A stretch of DNA of 64,000 bases, from NCBI GenBank assembly GCA_038882955.1, contig JAVZNC010000002.1, positions 128,001 through 192,000 on the forward strand. The letters are read 5' to 3'. A program made the translations under genes and the position numbers. This stretch comes from Candidatus Bathyarchaeia archaeon. GTDB taxonomy: Archaea > Thermoproteota > Bathyarchaeia > Bathyarchaeales > Bathycorpusculaceae. Positions 18,940 to 28,922 of the stretch are shown piece by piece. How positions within the stretch are numbered: position 1 is the stretch's first letter; each line of letters opens with the position of its first letter. The notes under the pieces were generated by a model. The model saw only the letters and a program-made list of their open reading frames with translations. It had not been told where the DNA came from and did not search any database.

Positions 18940-19125
18940 TTATCTAACCTTTAAAGCGTAGCGACCCTTCTCATTTATATTCATGGCTTTTGCTATTGCC
19001 GAGCCTTGCGGGTCAAAAATTATCACCAAACCGCTGAAATCGTCGCTTAGAGATGAGCTTTTACATTTTGGACATGTGTTCTCCTTTGTTATGAAGTGGC
19101 ATGTCGTGCATGCTTTTTCACTCAT
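18940..19125 (-). CDS. spt4: Transcription elongation factor Spt4 (RpoE'')
   Basis: CxxC..CxxC and GRYALKV motifs. Confidence 0.95.
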   Translation of the reverse strand: MSEKACTTCHFITKENTCPKCKSSSLSDDFSGLVIIFDPQGSAIAKAMNINEKGRYALKVR

Positions 19126-19135
19126 TCAAACACCT

Positions 19136-19732
19136 CTACTTTTTGGTTGCTTCCGCTTGCTCAGTCTTTTTTGCTGCCCCTTCCTTTATTTTCTGCACAT
19201 CTTGTTCAATCCATTCCAGCTTTCCCAAAAATGGCTGCCTAGCAGTTACTCCTATTTTGCCAGAGCTTCCAACTCTGCCGAGGGAAACAGCCGTTATCCT
19301 AACGCGTACTGGGTCGCCGCTCATGAGCTTCCTTCTCGTTTCCTTTCCTTGTAAAACTCCTTGTTTTTCATCGTATGATATGAAGTCGTCCATTAACTGT
19401 GAAACATGAAGCAAGGCGTCTACTGGTCCTATGCGCACAAATGCTCCGAAATCGGCGATTTCTACAACCTCGCCTTCCACGACTTCTTGGATTTGCGGAA
19501 AGAACGTCAATAACGAGAACGTTACTTTATGATAGGTTGCCCCATCACCTGGAATTATTTTCCCAGTTGGACTTACGTTTACTTCTGTAACGGCTATAAC
19601 ATAGCCTAATTCCTCGTCGACAACTCCCTCATACTTCGCCTTAACCTGCTGGCGTCCCACAACGTCAAGGGGGTTTCCAAACGTTTCTGGTGGAATACGA
19701 ATTGTATCTTCCAAGGTGATGAGTTTAAACAA
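19136..19732 (-). CDS. rpoE1: RNA polymerase subunit Rpo7 (E')
   Basis: IRIPP, GDGA and FGAFVRIGPVDALLHVSQ (S1 domain) motifs. Confidence 0.97.
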   Translation of the reverse strand: MFKLITLEDTIRIPPETFGNPLDVVGRQQVKAKYEGVVDEELGYVIAVTEVNVSPTGKIIPGDGATYHKVTFSLLTFFPQIQEVVEGEVVEIADFGAFVRIGPVDALLHVSQLMDDFISYDEKQGVLQGKETRRKLMSGDPVRVRITAVSLGRVGSSGKIGVTARQPFLGKLEWIEQDVQKIKEGAAKKTEQAEATKK

Positions 19733-19735
19733 GGG

Positions 19736-20161
19736 TTATATCCTCCCATCAATTTCTAAGCGTGACTTTTGTCTCACATAAATAACTGGCACACTTATAT
19801 CTCTTAACCTCCTTCTCAACATTCTATCATTCGTGAATACTGGAGTTTTCCATTTGCCGGCAAATCCGACTATGGCATCGTCTGGAGAAGCAAAATTCTC
19901 GCTTGTCTCAATTAATCTGCATTTTTCAGCTAGCTGTAATGCATAAGCCGCTTTTTTACGCATGCTCGGCGCGCCGTGTTCTGTAAGCTTTTCAAGTTCT
20001 TGTCGAACGCTTGAGAGTAAGATTGGCTCAATGTTTGCTTTTAAGAGGCTTCTCAACTCTTCGAAGATATCGATTTTAAATTGAAGAGGCACAAATAGCG
20101 CATTTGAATCTAAAATAACTTTCACCTTCGCTTTTTCCAGCCTATTTTTTTCTTCTGCCAT
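19736..20161 (-). CDS. PIN-domain protein (Fcf1/Utp24-like)
   Basis: VILDSNAL, DDAI and TNDR motifs; ATG 20161 overlaps the aIF2-gamma stop. Confidence 0.88.
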   Translation of the reverse strand: MAEEKNRLEKAKVKVILDSNALFVPLQFKIDIFEELRSLLKANIEPILLSSVRQELEKLTEHGAPSMRKKAAYALQLAEKCRLIETSENFASPDDAIVGFAGKWKTPVFTNDRMLRRRLRDISVPVIYVRQKSRLEIDGRI

Positions 20162-21411
20162 TAACGCATCGTTCCGTACCCTATTAATCTCCATCTTCCC
20201 GCCATTTTCCTGCTTATTGCAACTCTTGACTCTGGTTGTGCACAAACTGGTCTTGCGAGTTTTAGGGTAACTAAGCCCCTTTTTACAGCGGAGACTTTTC
20301 CAACGGTTACGGCAGCGCCTACATGCAAGAGCAAGGTTTCGTTTAAGCTTATTTCTTCAACCTTCATCAGATCCTTGGTTCCAACAGCCCTTTCGAGGAT
20401 ATGTGTCTCTAATGTTAACTCCGACATCGTTGGCGGAAGCGTGTCGGACTTGCCAACCATGTTACCCGTCAATCCGTCGGCTTTAGAAAATGATGGATCC
20501 AGTAATGTTCCAACGCCGACAAGTCCACCGCAACGGGCTTCATTCACATTTCTTCCGCCGGCATGCAAACTGACAATTTCGCTTAACAGAGAATGGTAAG
20601 CGCTTTTTCCCTCTTTTTCAAGCGCTATTCCAGGTCTTATTTCTATTTCATCTCCAACCTTAAACTTGCCTTGCAAAATTGTTCCTCCAATAACGCCGCC
20701 CTCCAACTTTTCTATGGGTGTGCCAGGCTTGTTTACGTCGAAGGAGCGGACAACATACATTAAGGGGGGCTTTGTTTCGTCTCTTTTCGGTGTTGGTATG
20801 AATTCTTCCATGGCTTGCATGAGAACGTCGATGTTTACTTTTCGCTGGGCTGAAACAGGAATTATTGGAGCATCTTCGGCGATTGTTCCCTTAACAAAGT
20901 TTTTTATCTCCTGATAGCTTTCGCGTGCTCTTTTCTCGTCGACGATGTCTATCTTGTTCTGCACAATTATGATATTTTTCACACCTACAATTTCAGCCGC
21001 CGCTAAATGCTCCCTAGTCTGTGGTTGTGGACAAGGCTCATCCGCCGCTATTACGAGTAGAGCCCCATCCATTATTGCTGCTCCAGAAAGCATTGTTGCC
21101 ATAAGCGCTTCATGCCCGGGAGCATCCACAAAACTGACTGCCCGTATGAAAGTTGTTTTTGACCCGCAGTTTGGACATGTTGTCTGCGTCGTATAGTTTT
21201 TTGGCGGTTCGCATTGTGGACACTTGTATATGGGCATGTCTGCATATCCGAGCTTTATTGTTATACCCCTCTTAAGTTCTTCACTGTGCTTTGAAGCCCA
21301 AACTCCAGTTAATGCTTGTACAAGCGTTGTTTTACCATGGTCAACATGCCCCATGGTACCTATGTTGATCTCGGGCTGTTTTGGTAAACTTGCTTGTTTT
21401 TCTTTGCTCAT
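20161..21411 (-). CDS. eif2g: Translation initiation factor 2 gamma
   Basis: GHVDHGKT, RGITIKLGY, DAPGHE, QNKID and WRLIG motifs. Confidence 0.98.
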   Translation of the reverse strand: MSKEKQASLPKQPEINIGTMGHVDHGKTTLVQALTGVWASKHSEELKRGITIKLGYADMPIYKCPQCEPPKNYTTQTTCPNCGSKTTFIRAVSFVDAPGHEALMATMLSGAAIMDGALLVIAADEPCPQPQTREHLAAAEIVGVKNIIIVQNKIDIVDEKRARESYQEIKNFVKGTIAEDAPIIPVSAQRKVNIDVLMQAMEEFIPTPKRDETKPPLMYVVRSFDVNKPGTPIEKLEGGVIGGTILQGKFKVGDEIEIRPGIALEKEGKSAYHSLLSEIVSLHAGGRNVNEARCGGLVGVGTLLDPSFSKADGLTGNMVGKSDTLPPTMSELTLETHILERAVGTKDLMKVEEISLNETLLLHVGAAVTVGKVSAVKRGLVTLKLARPVCAQPESRVAISRKMAGRWRLIGYGTMR

Positions 21412-21481
21412 CTGTCCATTTCCCGTAAATTTTACAAACTATTGAAAGTTAACCATGCGTATTAATAAATGTTAATTGACC

Positions 21482-21925
21482 TTAAGGATTGGCAGTTTCC
21501 GCTTTCCGCGTTTTAGTTTCTTTCTTCTCGCGCTTTTTCTTTGCTTTGACCTCTTCGCCCTTCTCTTCCTCTTCTTTTGGAGGTGTCACTATTTTCATGT
21601 TCACCTGCAAAATCTCATCTGTTATAACGTTTCCACGCACGGTTTTTCTCCTTCTCTCTCCTTCTTGTTTAGGGTTAAAACCAATTCCCCCGCTTAAAAT
21701 AACTTGTCGGCGTACTCCACCATGAACGTTTGGCCTCATCGGAAATCCATCCTTGTCTGAACCTCCAGTAATTTGCACCTTCTTTCCTGGCAAGTCCACT
21801 ATAGAACCGTCCACTATTTCCCCTATTTTCCTTCCAATTAACGGGGCTGCTCGGGCTTCTTCAAGTTCAACAACTTTTGATTTTCCAGATTCCGGGTCGG
21901 ATACGATTACTTTGAATTTTGCCAT
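21482..21925 (-). CDS. rps6e: 30S ribosomal protein S6e
   Basis: ITGGSDKDGFPM and RRKTVRG motifs. Confidence 0.97.
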   Translation of the reverse strand: MAKFKVIVSDPESGKSKVVELEEARAAPLIGRKIGEIVDGSIVDLPGKKVQITGGSDKDGFPMRPNVHGGVRRQVILSGGIGFNPKQEGERRRKTVRGNVITDEILQVNMKIVTPPKEEEEKGEEVKAKKKREKKETKTRKAETANP

Positions 21926-22047
21926 GCGGTTTTTCTCTCCGCGATTGTTATGAAAGTTGAAGGTCTTGCTTTTAAGGATTTACAAAAAGTTCTATGTGTT
22001 TGCTGATTTTCAGCCTTCTGTTACACTTCGCTTTCACCCAAATTCGC

Positions 22048-23505
22048 TTATTCCACGTGCACTCTGAATAGGTCTACGTCTTCGCGCATGGCTGGCGTTA
22101 ACTCGAGGAACTCTCTAACTGCACGCTTAATGTCTTTGGATTGCGTCACGTATCTCCCAACAATCACTATGTCCGCCCCTTTTTCCAAAGCTTCTCTAGC
22201 TGTTTCAGGGACAATTCCTCCAGCAACCGCAATTAAAAAGCGTTTATCACCGAAAGTCTGCCGCAATTCTTGAATAAGTTCTAAGCCTATTGTCCTTCCG
22301 CTTTCTTGGTCGATTCCTCTGTGCAGAATGATTACGTCTGGGAACTCTTTAAGCTGTTTAAGTTTCTTTACAGGGTCTTCAACATTCAACATGTCAACGA
22401 ATGCGTATATTCCAAGTCTTTTTGCTTCATGTATGAAGGCATCCAAAGTTTCAACTGGTGCAAGTCCAGCAGCAATTACGGCATCTGCAGTTTCATCATA
22501 GGCTAAGTCAACCTCGACTTTTCCGACGTCTAAAGTCTTCAAATCTGCAATAATAAACACGTCTTTAGCAGTTTCCCGCAAATCACTTATCACTTTTGTA
22601 CCATACCTTTTGATTAACGGAGTCCCAGCCTCAAGTATTATCCTGTCGCTTCGGGGGATCTGAGCCAAAATCCTCTTTGTCCTATCCAAATCAGGTATAT
22701 CAAGTGAAACTTGCACATATGGCGGCCTCCATAGGCGCGGTACTTGGAAACCCATTATGGGATGTTTAGCCCTATCCTTATCATAGAAAAGCTTATCCAA
22801 CGATGGATACTTTGCCAATGCCCTTTTTAACGCAAGCTTTGTTGCACCATAATTATAATGGTACAGCTTACGATAGTCACTTGCTTGCGGATGCACAAAA
22901 GCGCTACAAACAATAACCCAATCATCAATCTTATCCTTAGGAATTAAGCCCTCCTCAACAGCGTCAGCAACAGCCTTCGCCACAGCAAATTGCACGGGAC
23001 CAAAAATCTTGTTTGCATCCTCAAGATTTTTAACAGTAACTTTAGGAACAAGCAGAGTATGCGGCTTAGGCGGAAGGTTAGGCCTTATCACAGCCAAAAG
23101 CGGAGTATGACCCTGCGAAAGATTTGATAAACCAGCAGCAAAAGCCTCGCCAACAGGGCCGTCTTTGTCTCCTATTAAGAGGTCAATGTGCGCCACTTCG
23201 TTGCCTTCCCCCACTAATGCCTCACCAATCAGATATGCATATTTCTTCGGAAACTCAATGGACTCCGACAACAAATTTGTCGACTCTTCCTGCACAACAG
23301 CATCAAAATCGACATTAAACTCCTTAAGCCAAGAATACAACGTGTCTCGGTGAATGTTTAAAATCTTCGCAGTTCCAGAAACTGTAGGCTTTGTCGGCCT
23401 TCCCGCTAAAAGGCTACGCATCTTGACCTCTTTTTTCACAGCGTCTTTGAGAATTTGAATAAATTCTTCCTTTGATCCAGGTTTTCTAACGTCGCGTTCC
23501 GACAT
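22048..23505 (-). CDS. fae-hps: Fae-Hps bifunctional enzyme with an extra N-terminal HTH domain
   Basis: Fae motifs IGEALVGEGNEVAHIDL and GHTPLLAV; Hps motifs EAGTPLIK, DLKTLD and HRGID; N-terminal TAKILNIHRDTLYSWL HTH; start ATG 23505. Confidence 0.9.
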   Translation of the reverse strand: MSERDVRKPGSKEEFIQILKDAVKKEVKMRSLLAGRPTKPTVSGTAKILNIHRDTLYSWLKEFNVDFDAVVQEESTNLLSESIEFPKKYAYLIGEALVGEGNEVAHIDLLIGDKDGPVGEAFAAGLSNLSQGHTPLLAVIRPNLPPKPHTLLVPKVTVKNLEDANKIFGPVQFAVAKAVADAVEEGLIPKDKIDDWVIVCSAFVHPQASDYRKLYHYNYGATKLALKRALAKYPSLDKLFYDKDRAKHPIMGFQVPRLWRPPYVQVSLDIPDLDRTKRILAQIPRSDRIILEAGTPLIKRYGTKVISDLRETAKDVFIIADLKTLDVGKVEVDLAYDETADAVIAAGLAPVETLDAFIHEAKRLGIYAFVDMLNVEDPVKKLKQLKEFPDVIILHRGIDQESGRTIGLELIQELRQTFGDKRFLIAVAGGIVPETAREALEKGADIVIVGRYVTQSKDIKRAVREFLELTPAMREDVDLFRVHVE

Positions 23506-23654
23506 TCTGCCACCACCGAATACTACCTCATTGCGTAGAGGTATATAAGATTGTCGGAGGGGCATCTTCGCTACAAGCAGATATCGACATTAAGCGAGCA
23601 CGCGCTCCTGCATTATCTTTTTGTTTTTATTTTCTGCCGACAACAAACTGTCGG
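23265..23654. promoter_or_regulatory. Cluster of nine YCGACA/TGTCGR sites, including the palindrome CCGACA-N6-TGTCGG
   Basis: Sites at 23265, 23278, 23309, 23392, 23499, 23552, 23584, 23637 and 23649; minus-strand TATA ~23542-23548. Confidence 0.6.
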
Positions 23655-23734
23655 GTTTTTAAATTTGCATGATGCTCTTAAATTGGTAAGCCTAAAATAC
23701 TTTGGCGCAATTAAAGGCTAAATTCATATGAGGT

Positions 23735-23938
23735 ATGGCGATGCGGTGGTACGAGGTAGCATGTGTTCTAGCATTCTTTGTTGGTGTAGTTCTGTTTTTG
23801 TATGGGGCAAATTATTATGATGCTCTGGTGGGTTGGACTGGCGTGGCTTTAGTTGTCGGCTCATTTTTTGCCGGAATTTTACTTAAAGTCTATGAAGTTT
23901 TGAGTACTTCCCCTCCAAATATTGCAGATACGGCTTAA
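23735..23938 (+). CDS. Small two-TM membrane protein
   Basis: SD GAGGT; two hydrophobic helices. Confidence 0.6.
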   Translation: MAMRWYEVACVLAFFVGVVLFLYGANYYDALVGWTGVALVVGSFFAGILLKVYEVLSTSPPNIADTA

Positions 23939-25415
23939 CGCTTAATTCCGTGCCAGTTATTTTCTTGATGAGATCTGCGGGGTCGTAGAGGTTACCGTAA
24001 TTGTGGATGTTGTTTATCAGCCAATTTTTTACTAGGTGAAAGTTTCCTTTGCTGATTTGCTCTCGCCAGTTTGGCAAGTCCTTTTCCATTTGTGTAAGTA
24101 TTTGTCCGCTGTATATGTTGCCAAGCGCGTAGCTTGGAAAATAACCGAAGAGTCCGCTTGCCCAGTGTGTGTCTTGCATCACGCCTTCAGAATCATTCTC
24201 GATGGCTATGCCTAAATAATTCCTATAACTTTGGTTCCAAACATCTGGGAGTTCCTTTACAGTCATTTTTTCGGCGAACAAGTCCCTTTCCATGTTGAAC
24301 CGTATGATTATATGTAGGCAATATGTTACCTCGTCTGCTTCAACCCGTATTTTTGAGGGCTTCACCTCGTTTATTGCATGAACAAAATTGTCTAAGTCCA
24401 CATTGGAAAGAGCAGAGCCTGCCAATTCCTTGAGTTTCGGGAAGAAGTAAACCCAAAATTCTCTTGACCTTCCGACAATATTTTCTATGAAACGCGATTG
24501 TGACTCGTGGAACCCTGATGAGCATGCTGTACCAACGGGTTGGTAAATCCATTCTCGGTTTAGGTTTTGTTCGTAAAGGGCATGGCCTGCTTCGTGCAAC
24601 ACTGAGAATATGGATGACGCGAAGTTGTCTTCGTAGTAATGTGTTGTTATGCGAACATCATCATAATAACCAGTGGTAAACGGGTGTTCTGTCTCGTCAA
24701 TTCTGCCTCCAGCAGTATTTGACTCTATATCATATTCAACAGCTTTTGCGAGTTCTCTTGCAATTTTGCGCTGTACATCTATAGGAATTTTCCGTTGTAA
24801 AATGCTTATGTCGGGCTTTTTCGGAGACAATTGACACTTGTTCAGTATTGAAACAAGCCCATCTTTAAGCTCGCTAAAAACTTTTGTTATAATGTCTACA
24901 CTCATTTTAGGTTCAAAAACGTCGATTAAAGCGTCATAAGACGTTTTTGTCTGCTTAACCTCCATTAGGATTTCTGCGGCTTTCTTCTCAAGTTCCAAAA
25001 GCCTTTCCAGTTCAGGCCTAAACATACCAAAGTCTTTTGCGGCCTTCGCCTTCTTCCAAACATCCGTTGTTATCGCCCTTTGTTTTGCAATGGCGGCAAC
25101 AAGTTCAGCTGGAAGTCTTGTCTGCTCGTCATACTGTTTCTTTATTAGGTAAACATTCCGCTTTTGAACATCGTTTAACGTCTCGTAATGTAGACTATGC
25201 ATTATCTCCTCAAGCAGTTTTCCAATTTCCGGGTCAGTGCTCATTTTATGCTCCATTGTGCTGAGCAAGGCTAGCTGCTGGCTTCTGAGTTCAATTGCCT
25301 TTGGAGGCATCATTGTCTCCATGTCCCAGTGTATGATAGACTCGGCTGACTGAAAAATGAGCAGAGCTCTAACTTTTTCCATTAACCTCTTATAGTTTGA
25401 TTCCAACGCTTCCAT
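23883..25415 (-). CDS. Carboxypeptidase M32 (Taq family)
   Basis: HPF, DVRITT, HEAGH, HESQS, IRVEADE, QDTHW and GYFPSYALG motifs. Confidence 0.95.
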   Translation of the reverse strand: MEALESNYKRLMEKVRALLIFQSAESIIHWDMETMMPPKAIELRSQQLALLSTMEHKMSTDPEIGKLLEEIMHSLHYETLNDVQKRNVYLIKKQYDEQTRLPAELVAAIAKQRAITTDVWKKAKAAKDFGMFRPELERLLELEKKAAEILMEVKQTKTSYDALIDVFEPKMSVDIITKVFSELKDGLVSILNKCQLSPKKPDISILQRKIPIDVQRKIARELAKAVEYDIESNTAGGRIDETEHPFTTGYYDDVRITTHYYEDNFASSIFSVLHEAGHALYEQNLNREWIYQPVGTACSSGFHESQSRFIENIVGRSREFWVYFFPKLKELAGSALSNVDLDNFVHAINEVKPSKIRVEADEVTYCLHIIIRFNMERDLFAEKMTVKELPDVWNQSYRNYLGIAIENDSEGVMQDTHWASGLFGYFPSYALGNIYSGQILTQMEKDLPNWREQISKGNFHLVKNWLINNIHNYGNLYDPADLIKKITGTELSVKPYLQYLEGKYSKLHRL

Positions 25416-25580
25416 AACAGTTTCCCCCAAATTGCGAGAGTATAACATTTGCATAATTCCTATTTGAGTTTTTTAATCCAAGAAAACGCTTCAAAGTGCA
25501 TGCTTTTAGGGAGAATTGGACTGTTCGCTAAACAAGTTTTATATTTGTTTATCATACGTAGTTAGCGTCTAAAAGGGTGT

Positions 25581-26804
25581 ATGGTTATGGTGAACTTTGG
25601 CTTTACTGAGGAACAAGAACTTTTGCACAAGGCTGTTCGCGAATGGTGCAAAAAAGAACTTACACTAGAAAAAATTAGGGAGATGGACAGCAAAGGAGAA
25701 ATTCCGAAAGAAATAATCAAAGGATTAAGTGACTTGGGACTTTTGCTCATGACCGTGCCAGAGGAGCATGGTGGAGCAAGCGCAGACTGGACCACGGCAT
25801 GCATCGCGGCTGAGGAACTGGGCTATGCGGACATAAGCATAGCGGTCCCAGTGCTTTTCCTCGTTGAAAATGCTTGGGGCTTCGTAACCGATAAGTACTG
25901 CAGCGAACGCGTCCGTGAAGAGGTAATAAGAAAAGCTGCAAAGGGCGAAGCCTTCATAGGCATAGCCTCAACAGAGGCAAGCGGAGGTTCAGATGTTGCA
26001 GCGATAAAAACAACAGGCGTAAAGGAAGGCAACCAGTGGATTTTGAATGGAGAAAAAACGTACATAAGCGGAACCGAAGAAGCGAAAAAAATTGGTGGAG
26101 GACACTTTCTAATAGCAAGAACTGCACCGCCAACACCTAGCGCAACGCATAGAGGAATAACCGCCTTTTACCTGCCAATAAATACTCCTGGAGTGGAAGT
26201 CGGCAAGAGATTCGAGGAGATGGGAAGGATGGCAATATCTACTGGCAGCATAGTACTGGATAACGCGAGGCTACCAGACGATTATCGCTTAGGCGAAGAG
26301 GGAAAAGGCTTTTACATAACAATGGAGGGCTTCGACAACGCGAGACTACTCATAGGTGCAACATGCCTAGGCGCTGCCCAGAGAGCCTTAGAACTTGGAA
26401 TTGAATATATAAAAGAACGGAAGGCCTTCGGCAGTTCAATAGGCAAATATCAAGGAATACAGTTTGACTTGGCGGAAGTGTGGGCTGAACTTGAAGCGCT
26501 GCGGTCACTCGTCTACAGAACAGCGTGGATGACTGACGAAAAATACAAGAACAACCGTTTTACTCCTCTAGAAGTTACAAAATACATCTCAGCAGTGAAG
26601 TTGAGGGCTCCGTCCTTCGCCTTCAAAGTGTTCGAGCATGTAATGCTTTGGATGGGCGCATGGGGCTACACAAAAGATTGCCCCCTCGAAATGGGACTTC
26701 GCGGCATAATGTCATACTACATAGGCGCAGAAGGCACAATGAACATTCAAAGAATAGTTATAGCAAGAGAACTCCTAGGCAGAGAATACCTATCCTACAA
26801 ATGA
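25581..26804 (+). CDS. Acyl-CoA dehydrogenase family protein
   Basis: TEASGGSD, LNGEKTYI, RKAFG..I..YQ and EGTMNIQR motifs. Confidence 0.93.
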   Translation: MVMVNFGFTEEQELLHKAVREWCKKELTLEKIREMDSKGEIPKEIIKGLSDLGLLLMTVPEEHGGASADWTTACIAAEELGYADISIAVPVLFLVENAWGFVTDKYCSERVREEVIRKAAKGEAFIGIASTEASGGSDVAAIKTTGVKEGNQWILNGEKTYISGTEEAKKIGGGHFLIARTAPPTPSATHRGITAFYLPINTPGVEVGKRFEEMGRMAISTGSIVLDNARLPDDYRLGEEGKGFYITMEGFDNARLLIGATCLGAAQRALELGIEYIKERKAFGSSIGKYQGIQFDLAEVWAELEALRSLVYRTAWMTDEKYKNNRFTPLEVTKYISAVKLRAPSFAFKVFEHVMLWMGAWGYTKDCPLEMGLRGIMSYYIGAEGTMNIQRIVIARELLGREYLSYK

Positions 26805-26827
26805 CTGCGCCAAATTTACCAGTAAAT

Positions 26828-26954
26828 TGGCGCCGGGGAGGGGATTTGAACCCCTGCGAGCCCGAAGGCCCACTGGCTTACTTGCCTTTTTCCAGCCCTT
26901 TCTGGTTGCTGTTTGATCTCGAGGCCAGCGCGATAACCACTCCGCCACCCCGGC
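26828..26954 (-). tRNA. tRNA-Ser(CGA) with a 39-nt canonical 37/38 intron (26879-26917)
   Basis: GCCGGGG/CCCCGGC acceptor stem, G discriminator plus encoded CCA, long variable arm, anticodon stem CTGGC/GCCAG split by the intron. Confidence 0.9.
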
Positions 26955-26996
26955 TGTTGAAGGATAAGCGCTTTGCCTCTAAAATGGTTTTCAGTT

Positions 26997-27815
26997 TTAG
27001 ATAAGCGATGGGTAAAGCCATTTCTTTTTTCGCTTGTACTTTTTTACGTCCCAATCGTGCAGTATTTTTACTGCTTCGTTTGCTATTTTTGTCGCTGTTT
27101 CTTCGCCCGCTCCAGGCTTGAATTCGTTTGTGCATCGGTTTGCATATACTGCGCATATGGCGCTTGCTCTTAACCCAAAGAGGCTTGCTAGCGTGTATAG
27201 CGTCGCAGTTTCCATCTCAAAGTTTAAGACTTTTGCCCTCTGCAACGCGGGAATAATGTTTTCGGCAGTTGCTGGACATCGGGATACCGGACGGCTTTGC
27301 CCGGCGTAAAAGTCCGCTGTTGTCGCAGTCACACCAACATGATAGTTGTCTACTCCAAGGTTTTCCGCCGCTTCGACAAGAGCCAAAAGAACTTCGTAAT
27401 TGGCTGCCGCGGGATATTCAGGTATAACATAACAGTTGCTGGTGCAGTCAAGGCGGACAGCCGCAGAAGAAATGACCACATCGCCACATTTCACATTCTC
27501 TTGTATGGCGCCAGAACTGCCCACACGGATAAAAGTGTGAACGCCAACATGAGACGCTTCATTCACAACAATTGCCATGCAAGCTGGTCCAATGCCACTT
27601 GAAAGGGCAGAGATTGGAACGCCCTTGTATTTACCAGTAAAGCTTCTGAATTCACGGTGGCACGAGATTTCTTCTGCAGAATCCCAAACACTGGCAATTT
27701 TATCGATGCGGTCTGGGTCGCCTGGAACAAGAAGGTATTCAGCCAAGTCTCCCTTTTTGCATTGAATGTGATATTGCCTTTTGCTTGTTGAGACTCTGTG
27801 CACATTGCCCACCAA
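26997..27815 (-). CDS. udp: Uridine/nucleoside phosphorylase
   Basis: PGDPDR, HREF, IRVGSSG, FYAGQ and NFEMET motifs. Confidence 0.88.
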   Translation of the reverse strand: MVGNVHRVSTSKRQYHIQCKKGDLAEYLLVPGDPDRIDKIASVWDSAEEISCHREFRSFTGKYKGVPISALSSGIGPACMAIVVNEASHVGVHTFIRVGSSGAIQENVKCGDVVISSAAVRLDCTSNCYVIPEYPAAANYEVLLALVEAAENLGVDNYHVGVTATTADFYAGQSRPVSRCPATAENIIPALQRAKVLNFEMETATLYTLASLFGLRASAICAVYANRCTNEFKPGAGEETATKIANEAVKILHDWDVKKYKRKKKWLYPSLI

Positions 27816-27867
27816 TGGAAAATGTGCGCACTTACAACTTAAAATTATAGGCGCGTATGGCGAAGCA

Positions 27868-28857
27868 TCATTTCTTTGGCATCACCAAGTCAGCTATGTC
27901 TATGCTGTGCTCGTATATTTGCCTAAAAAATGAGGCTATAGCCAATATTTGCGGAACAACATCAATTGACTGAGCACGGGCTACACGTTCAATGTCGGCA
28001 AACACCCTATCAATTTTACTGCGCATCTCGCGAATATCCTCTGCAAGTGTAATGTCATTCCCGAAAAACGCCTTGAGAGCGTTTTCATGCGACTCAAAGC
28101 AAACTGCATGAAAATCAACAAATAACTTCCGCAATTCCTCGGTTACTTTTGTTCCTTTTAACTCGATGGTCTTAAGTGCAACACGAACGCACTCATCGCC
28201 TATAGCCTCCACAAGGCTTGCCGCCAACCTATAGTCCAAACAGTCTATCGGGCTTACACCCAGCTTGTCGCTTAACCCTGGATTCTGTATTATAGTTCGA
28301 AGTATGCGAACCAGAAGGAAGTACAAGCGGTTGCTTTCATCATCACGCGCCACAACGCCTTTTGCTGCTTGCACGTCCCCATCTACAAAAGCGTTAACAA
28401 CATCCCTATGCATGCTGGCAACAATCGTATAGCCCCTTCGCAAAATTTTTTCAGGCGGAAAACTTGACGGCTCCAAGAGACACTGCAAAACAATTTTCGC
28501 ATGATCTTCCTCAATAATCTCCAATCCAACTAATCGTGCTGCAGTTTTCTTAACAACATCGCGCACCTCAAAGTTTATACGCTCTTTAGACTCAACACGG
28601 ATAACGTCATAGCCCAGCAAGTATGCACCTATAATTTCGCGCCCCAAGTAAGGCCCAAGTTTAAGAGTAATCGTGCGTGGAGGAACTTCAACTCCATACT
28701 GGGGGTCTATGAGAAGCTTGCCATCGCTTGTTTCAGAGAGGGCAACTACCCCTCCGCGCTGAAGACTGTAACGTTCAGCCCAGTACTTTGGAAGGCACAC
28801 AAAGAATGTGCCACTTGGAGTTCGCTGAACCTTGCGCAGTTCACCCATCCAAATCAC
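27868..28857 (-). CDS. Phosphate-uptake regulator (AbrB-like domain plus PhoU domains)
   Basis: RKVQRT..TFFVCLPKYW N-terminus followed by PhoU-type helical repeats. Confidence 0.85.
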   Translation of the reverse strand: MIWMGELRKVQRTPSGTFFVCLPKYWAERYSLQRGGVVALSETSDGKLLIDPQYGVEVPPRTITLKLGPYLGREIIGAYLLGYDVIRVESKERINFEVRDVVKKTAARLVGLEIIEEDHAKIVLQCLLEPSSFPPEKILRRGYTIVASMHRDVVNAFVDGDVQAAKGVVARDDESNRLYFLLVRILRTIIQNPGLSDKLGVSPIDCLDYRLAASLVEAIGDECVRVALKTIELKGTKVTEELRKLFVDFHAVCFESHENALKAFFGNDITLAEDIREMRSKIDRVFADIERVARAQSIDVVPQILAIASFFRQIYEHSIDIADLVMPKK

Positions 28858-28922
28858 CTTTCACACATGTAATCAATATTGGTGAATTTAAACAAAAATC
28901 GGATATATAAATTTAGGCAAAG

